Under the pieces are notes generated by a model. That model did no database searches. It worked only from the letters and a program-made list of their open reading frames with translations, and was not told the DNA's origin. 64,000 nucleotides of DNA from assembly GCA_963664405.1 (NCBI GenBank), contig OY761158.1:6656001-6720000 (forward strand), in the 5' to 3' direction. The DNA is from Thermoanaerobaculia bacterium. GTDB lineage: Bacteria; Acidobacteriota; Thermoanaerobaculia; Multivoradales; Multivoraceae. Made by a program: the position numbers and the translations under genes. Positions 60,501-64,000 of the stretch are shown piece by piece; position 1 is the stretch's first letter; the number at the start of each line of letters is the position of its first letter.

Positions 60501-61138
60501 AGGAGAGATTGCAGGATCGGGGCGAGCGCCGGGGAGAAGAAGGCGGCCAAGAGCAAGCTCAGCAAGGCTCCGAACGCGGGGACCAGCAAGGCGGCGAGCA
60601 GAACGGTGAGAGCGAGGGCTCGTCGGGGGAGCAGTCCGGCGGAGGCGGCGAACGTCGTTTGGCTGAGCGGGGAGGACAGCAGTCTGAGAGCGGCGAGCCA
60701 TCGCAGAGTGGCGGCCAGAAGGCGGCGCGGGGTGGAGCGACGTCGCGCATGGGCCAGGGGGGGCCCGGTTGGTACCAGCCAGGCATCTTCACACCTGAGG
60801 ATCTGCGACAGATGGGGGCCGCGTTCGATCGGCGACTCGCCGATGCCGAGGAGCTTCAGAGCGAGCTGCGGGATCAGGGGATCAGCTCTCGAGACCTCGC
60901 GGCGGTCCTCGAGCGCATGAAGGAGTTCAGCGTGCGGGGCTTGAATCAGGATCCGCTGGCCCTCGAGAGCTTGCGCAGTGAGATCATCGAGGGCTTGCGC
61001 CAGTTCGAGTATCGACTGTGGCGTGACCTCGAGGGCGATAGCGTAGAGCGCCTCTATTTAGCAGGGGCGGATGAAGTTCCGGCTGGGTACAGAGATCTGG
61101 TGGAGAGCTACTACCGAGAACTTTCCGAGAGCGAGTAG
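57569..61138 (+). CDS. DUF4175-like large membrane protein with Ig-like domains and long coiled coils
   Basis: Three N-terminal TMs; PAYTG, DQPP and EDDHGL; Q/G-rich linkers; C-terminal VPAGYRDLVESYYRELS. Confidence 0.8.
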   Translation: MSELISAYDELLRAIRTTRRRWKLKILLRGLAVVLASGFCAFAISVWAMDRFHYSEGAVSMTRVLIWIALVALVARFLVLPLSRSVTDRQVSLYIEENEPNLQAELLSAVELGAEAKRKGDDTSGQATSAHLLTRLLEQAIMSCQALDYGATIERSGLRRFSALTGLVTLVAAGAILLFPAFLQHGALLLFLPWKGAALENPYSIDVVPGDITLARGSDQEVRAQLLGFDTEAVELALRRGDGSWERWPMASQVDDPVKIFMMLDLQDASEYYVEAEGVRSDLYRIEVADLPYVARLDLEYRFPAYTGLEPQRIEDGGDIAVLRGTEVLLEITPTVPTEEGQIVLEGDGEELTALALEAREDGLLLASLTVESEAFYSVELRGPTGDMLRASAEYAIEVLEDQPPIISIVEPGRDVRAHKLEEIFAEVKAEDDHGLARVDLIYSVNGEEEQTVTLLGGKRRPKEIEGGHTFYLEELDLQDGDFIAYYATARDVGDASQRRDATTDIYFVEISPFTKNYRQAQQQGGGAGGGGEMGNALSQRQRQIIAATFKLVRDKDEYTSKDFAENLTTVALMQGRLRAQVDNLIGRMENRLRGEDEFQKIVDNLQQASAEMEPAQAQLSALRPEDALPPEQRSLKFLQRAEATFRDVQVSFQRGGGGGGGEAQRMAEDLADLFELELDKLHNQYETVQRGERQALQEEVDEALQKLKELAKRQEQENERARRLASQMGLSGAAGGNQRDLVKETEELARKLERLAREQSRADLKQTARRLQSAADAMRKAMAHRSAGEVAGGGDALEELKRARRLLEKNRDFQLAAEMDDLESRARRAEGLQQEISSQVGQLDPTGERGSFVEAVENILEKKDELAKEIADLENQIDQVARQARRTQKDASRGLSEASESIRENQLKEKIRYSKGVVRGRSPEYAQGFEGEISSDIEEMSGRLAEAKGAMGTSPDDREAAALESARELVRRLESFEERLQDRGERRGEEGGQEQAQQGSERGDQQGGEQNGESEGSSGEQSGGGGERRLAERGGQQSESGEPSQSGGQKAARGGATSRMGQGGPGWYQPGIFTPEDLRQMGAAFDRRLADAEELQSELRDQGISSRDLAAVLERMKEFSVRGLNQDPLALESLRSEIIEGLRQFEYRLWRDLEGDSVERLYLAGADEVPAGYRDLVESYYRELSESE

Positions 61139-61197
61139 TCGGTCGGCTCGCTGAGCAAGGTCGTCTGCTGCCTGGAGCCGCGAAGCTCCGATTCGTT

Positions 61198-62472
61198 TCA
61201 GGTCTCGAGCTCTGCGAGGCCTGGCACTGCATAGCCTAGGCAGAACTCTTCCACAGAGGCGCGTAGAGCCGCTAGTCGCTCTTCGTCTTGGTGATGGCCC
61301 AGTGCTTCGACGATCCACTGTGCCAACTTGTCCATTTCGGCGACGCCAAAACCTCTGGTGGTTGCCGCGGGCGTGCCGAGGCGTATACCGCTGGGCCGTA
61401 GCGGTGGTTTCGGGTCGTCCGGAATGAGCTGCTTGTTGACCGTGATTGCGATGCTCTCCAAGGTCTCCTCGGCCAGGCGGCCATCGAGGGAGAAGCTCTT
61501 CTCGGTATCGACCACCATCATGTGATTGTCGGTGCCGCCCGTCACCAGGCTGCAGCCGCGGCTCATCAGTCCGTCAGCGAGGGCTCGAGAGTTGAGCAAG
61601 ACTTCGCGAGCGTAGGCTTGGAATTCCGGCTCGAGAGCCTTTCCGAGAGTAACCGCGACGCCGGCGATCGTATTCATATGCGGCCCTCCTTGGAGTCCCG
61701 GAAAAACCGCCTTGTCGATGGTTCTCGCCAGCTCCTTGCGGCAGAGGATCATTCCGCCTCGAGGGCCGCGAAGAGACTTGTGGGTGGTCGTGGTCACGAT
61801 GTCGAACCCGTAGTCGAAGGGGTTGCGCATGGCTTTACCCGCGATCAGACCGCCGATGTGGGAGACGTCCGCCATCGTCAAGGCGCCGACCTCGTCAGCG
61901 ACTTTCTTGAAGTCGGCGTAGTCGTAATCTCGCGGATAAGAGGTGTAGCCGCAGAGCACCATCTTGGGGCGATGCTGACGCGCAAGCTGCGAAAGCTCGT
62001 CGAAGTCGATACGGCCCTCCTCCTCGACGTGGGTGCCATAGCGAACGAAGTTGAATATTTTCCCCATGTGCGAGACAGGCGCTCCGTGGGTGAGATGGCC
62101 GCCGTGGGAGAGGTCCATGGCGAGGACGGTATCTCCAGGCTCGAGGCAGCCTAGATACACGGCTTGGTTCATCGGCGAGCCCGATAGGGGTTGCACATTG
62201 GCGTGGTCGCAGCCAAAGAGCTCGACTGCGCGGTCCCGGGCGAGAGTCTCGATGCGATCGGTAAACTCCTGGCCGCCGTAATAGCGTCTGCCCGGGTATC
62301 CTTCAGCGTACTTGTTGGTGAAGACCGAGCCGTTGGCGGCAAGGACCTCGGGATAGGTGTAGTTCTCCGACGGGATCAGCTCGATACCACGCCGTTGACG
62401 TTCCTCTTCGCCGGCGAGGGCGTCGTACACCTCGACGTCATTCTGTTTCAAGGCCCTGCGATTCGCGTCCAT
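61198..62472 (-). CDS. glyA: serine hydroxymethyltransferase
   Basis: ELIPSEN, NKYAEGYPGRRYYGG, GGHLTHG, TTTHKSLRGPRGG and FPGLQGGP. Confidence 0.97.
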   Translation of the reverse strand: MDANRRALKQNDVEVYDALAGEEERQRRGIELIPSENYTYPEVLAANGSVFTNKYAEGYPGRRYYGGQEFTDRIETLARDRAVELFGCDHANVQPLSGSPMNQAVYLGCLEPGDTVLAMDLSHGGHLTHGAPVSHMGKIFNFVRYGTHVEEEGRIDFDELSQLARQHRPKMVLCGYTSYPRDYDYADFKKVADEVGALTMADVSHIGGLIAGKAMRNPFDYGFDIVTTTTHKSLRGPRGGMILCRKELARTIDKAVFPGLQGGPHMNTIAGVAVTLGKALEPEFQAYAREVLLNSRALADGLMSRGCSLVTGGTDNHMMVVDTEKSFSLDGRLAEETLESIAITVNKQLIPDDPKPPLRPSGIRLGTPAATTRGFGVAEMDKLAQWIVEALGHHQDEERLAALRASVEEFCLGYAVPGLAELET

Positions 62473-62529
62473 CGGGAAGTCTCCTCGAGCCCGGAACGAA
62501 GAAACGCCCGCGGGGCTCCGTCTAAGATG

Positions 62530-62606
62530 GGCCCAGGCGAGCGGCCTTGTTTGGCTGCCGCGCTTCCCCGTGGTGCTTCCACGTTTTCTCGCCAGTCACG
62601 CGGGCA
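62530..62606 (-). ncRNA. ZMP/ZTP (pfl) riboswitch upstream of glyA
   Basis: Minus strand reads CCGCGTGACTGGCG-AGAAAAC-GTGG-AAGCA-CCAC-GGGGAAGCGCGG-linker-GCCGCTCGCCTGGGC, matching the ZTP aptamer consensus including the GGCG/CGCC pseudoknot. Confidence 0.9.
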
Positions 62607-62806
62607 GAGTACCGTCCTCCTGAACTTAGCGAAAAGCCGCTCAGGACTCAAGCAGAAATCCAATCAGTCCTCCGCAAGGCCTGATCTTCGATGGCGCTAA
62701 CGCTACCTAAAATGTAACAACAAACGACCTTGCGAGTGATAGCAGAGAACTTCCCCACGCTCCGTAAGTCTCTAGAGACATGTACGTTACATAGAGACAT
62801 AGAAGA

Positions 62807-62823
62807 CTGGCTCTCTATTTGCT
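62807..62823 (+). promoter_or_regulatory. putative sigma-54 promoter upstream of pilin genes
   Basis: CTGGCTCTCTATTTGCT has GG-N10-GC spacing and follows an AT-rich block. Confidence 0.6.
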
Positions 62824-62904
62824 AGGCTCTTTAGCGTACAGCTCCGGTGCGGAGCCGTAGAACTCCTCCGCAGGGAGGGCCGGAGATTTCATGACGGAGG
62901 CAGA

Positions 62905-63585
62905 ATGACTGGACGACGAACCGTCGCTTCGCGCTCGCGTCCGAGTGCCGGTGTGCGGGGGGATCAGAGAGGGAGAGCCCAGCGCGGCTTTACCCTCCTC
63001 GAGCTCCTGATCGTCCTCAGTTTCATCGTTATCCTCTCTGCTGTCGGCTTTCCGGCACTGCAGCAGATGTTTACGCGTTCGAAGCTTACCGGGAGCGCGC
63101 GCGAGATCAGCTCTCATCTCCTCAACGCCCGAATACAGGCGCTGAGGCGAGGGCGGAGCGTGGTCGTCCGGCCGAGCTATGCCACCAAGTCTCTTGTCGC
63201 CTTTGTCGATGAGAATGACGACCAGGTGCAGGATCCGACCGAGCTTCAGGTTTACAACCTGGACATTCCTGGTACCGGGGAGGGGAATATCTATCTCATG
63301 GGGGAGAACGGTATCGAAGGAGCGGACAACAGCCCTGCGGAATCGGTCGATGGCTTCACCGCGGTCGGCGCGAACTTTGTCGCGGTGTTCGACCCTGACG
63401 GGACTATTCGTGACTTCGGTGCGTTCAGAATCTCGGACGGCGGCAATCCGCCCAATGTTTTCGAAGTGCGGGTCGAGCCCAGGGCTACAGCGCGGCTGCG
63501 GACTCTGAAGTATGTCTACGATGGACCGAACGGGGACGACTTCTACACCGAGGGACAGGGGGTCAACGTGTGGGAGTGGTACTAG
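62905..63585 (+). CDS. type IV minor pilin / pseudopilin, FimT/GspH-like
   Basis: Prepilin cleavage motif QRG|FTLLELLIVL; ARIQAL..GRSVVV; FDPDG. Confidence 0.88.
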   Translation: MTGRRTVASRSRPSAGVRGDQRGRAQRGFTLLELLIVLSFIVILSAVGFPALQQMFTRSKLTGSAREISSHLLNARIQALRRGRSVVVRPSYATKSLVAFVDENDDQVQDPTELQVYNLDIPGTGEGNIYLMGENGIEGADNSPAESVDGFTAVGANFVAVFDPDGTIRDFGAFRISDGGNPPNVFEVRVEPRATARLRTLKYVYDGPNGDDFYTEGQGVNVWEWY

Positions 63586-63632
63586 TGGCAAAGAAGATTC
63601 TTTCTGGCCTCGATGCTTCGCGGAGAAGCCTA

Positions 63633-64000
63633 ATGATGAGCCGTAGATCCGCACTCCGGGGAGCGCCAGGCTTCACCCTTATCGAGATGCTGCTGGCGAT
63701 GGCGCTGATGGGCGTGATGATGGTCGGGGTTCTGCCTCTGTTCACCAAGGCGATGAGCAACAATGTCGAGGGAAGCCAGCTGACCGAAGTGACCAATCGT
63801 GCTCGATTGCACTTGGAGGAGCTTATGGCGATGCCCGTCGACGGCGAGGATCTCACCGTTCCGGACGGGGACAACGAGCTCCTCATCAGTCACGTTTGGT
63901 CGGTTTCAGAGGAGCGTTGGATCGAGGGGACCACCCTCCCCGGGGGCGAGGAGCCTGCATTTTCTCGGGTTACCCGCGTGCGCCAGTTCAATATGTCGGC
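63633..64000 (+). CDS. type IV minor pilin (PilV-like), truncated by the window end
   Basis: Manual translation gives MMSRRSALRGAPG|FTLIEMLLAMALMGVMMVGVLPLF; the frame is open to the end of the window. Confidence 0.85.
   Translation, partial: MMSRRSALRGAPGFTLIEMLLAMALMGVMMVGVLPLFTKAMSNNVEGSQLTEVTNRARLHLEELMAMPVDGEDLTVPDGDNELLISHVWSVSEERWIEGTTLPGGEEPAFSRVTRVRQFNMS

Noticed and set aside
60520-60770. Repetitive G/Q/E-rich DNA resembling an array
   Set aside because: It is a low-complexity coding linker of the DUF4175-like protein with no fixed repeat-spacer period, so it is not CRISPR.

Overview
GC-rich bacterial chromosomal window, densely coding, about 50 genes. Gene content and style suggest Acidobacteriota, possibly Thermoanaerobaculia-like (inference). 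In order: an MMPL/RND transporter (truncated at the left edge), 5-oxoprolinase, a hydrolase, a GT-C-like membrane protein, a MatB-like acyl-CoA synthetase with a DASS transporter, radC, the rimP-nusA-infB-DUF503-rbfA-DHH-truB-rpsO-pnp operon, a sigma-54-promoter-led degP / NtrC-family regulator / B12 acyl-CoA mutase unit, a secreted kinase-like gene, a B12-subunit / RomR-like / birA / coaX operon, comEC-miaA-hfq-SLH lipoprotein-dnaE, a PHP phosphoesterase broken by a 159-bp hairpin MITE, a ~16-kb uncharacterised MoxR-vWA-DUF58-BatA-DUF4175 cluster with three DUF4159 paralogues, a caspase-fold protein and a TPR-metallopeptidase, glyA under a ZMP/ZTP riboswitch, and the start of a type IV minor-pilin operon. 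I saw no rRNA, tRNA, CRISPR array, prophage or autonomous transposase. All family calls come from motifs recognised by eye; no searches were run.
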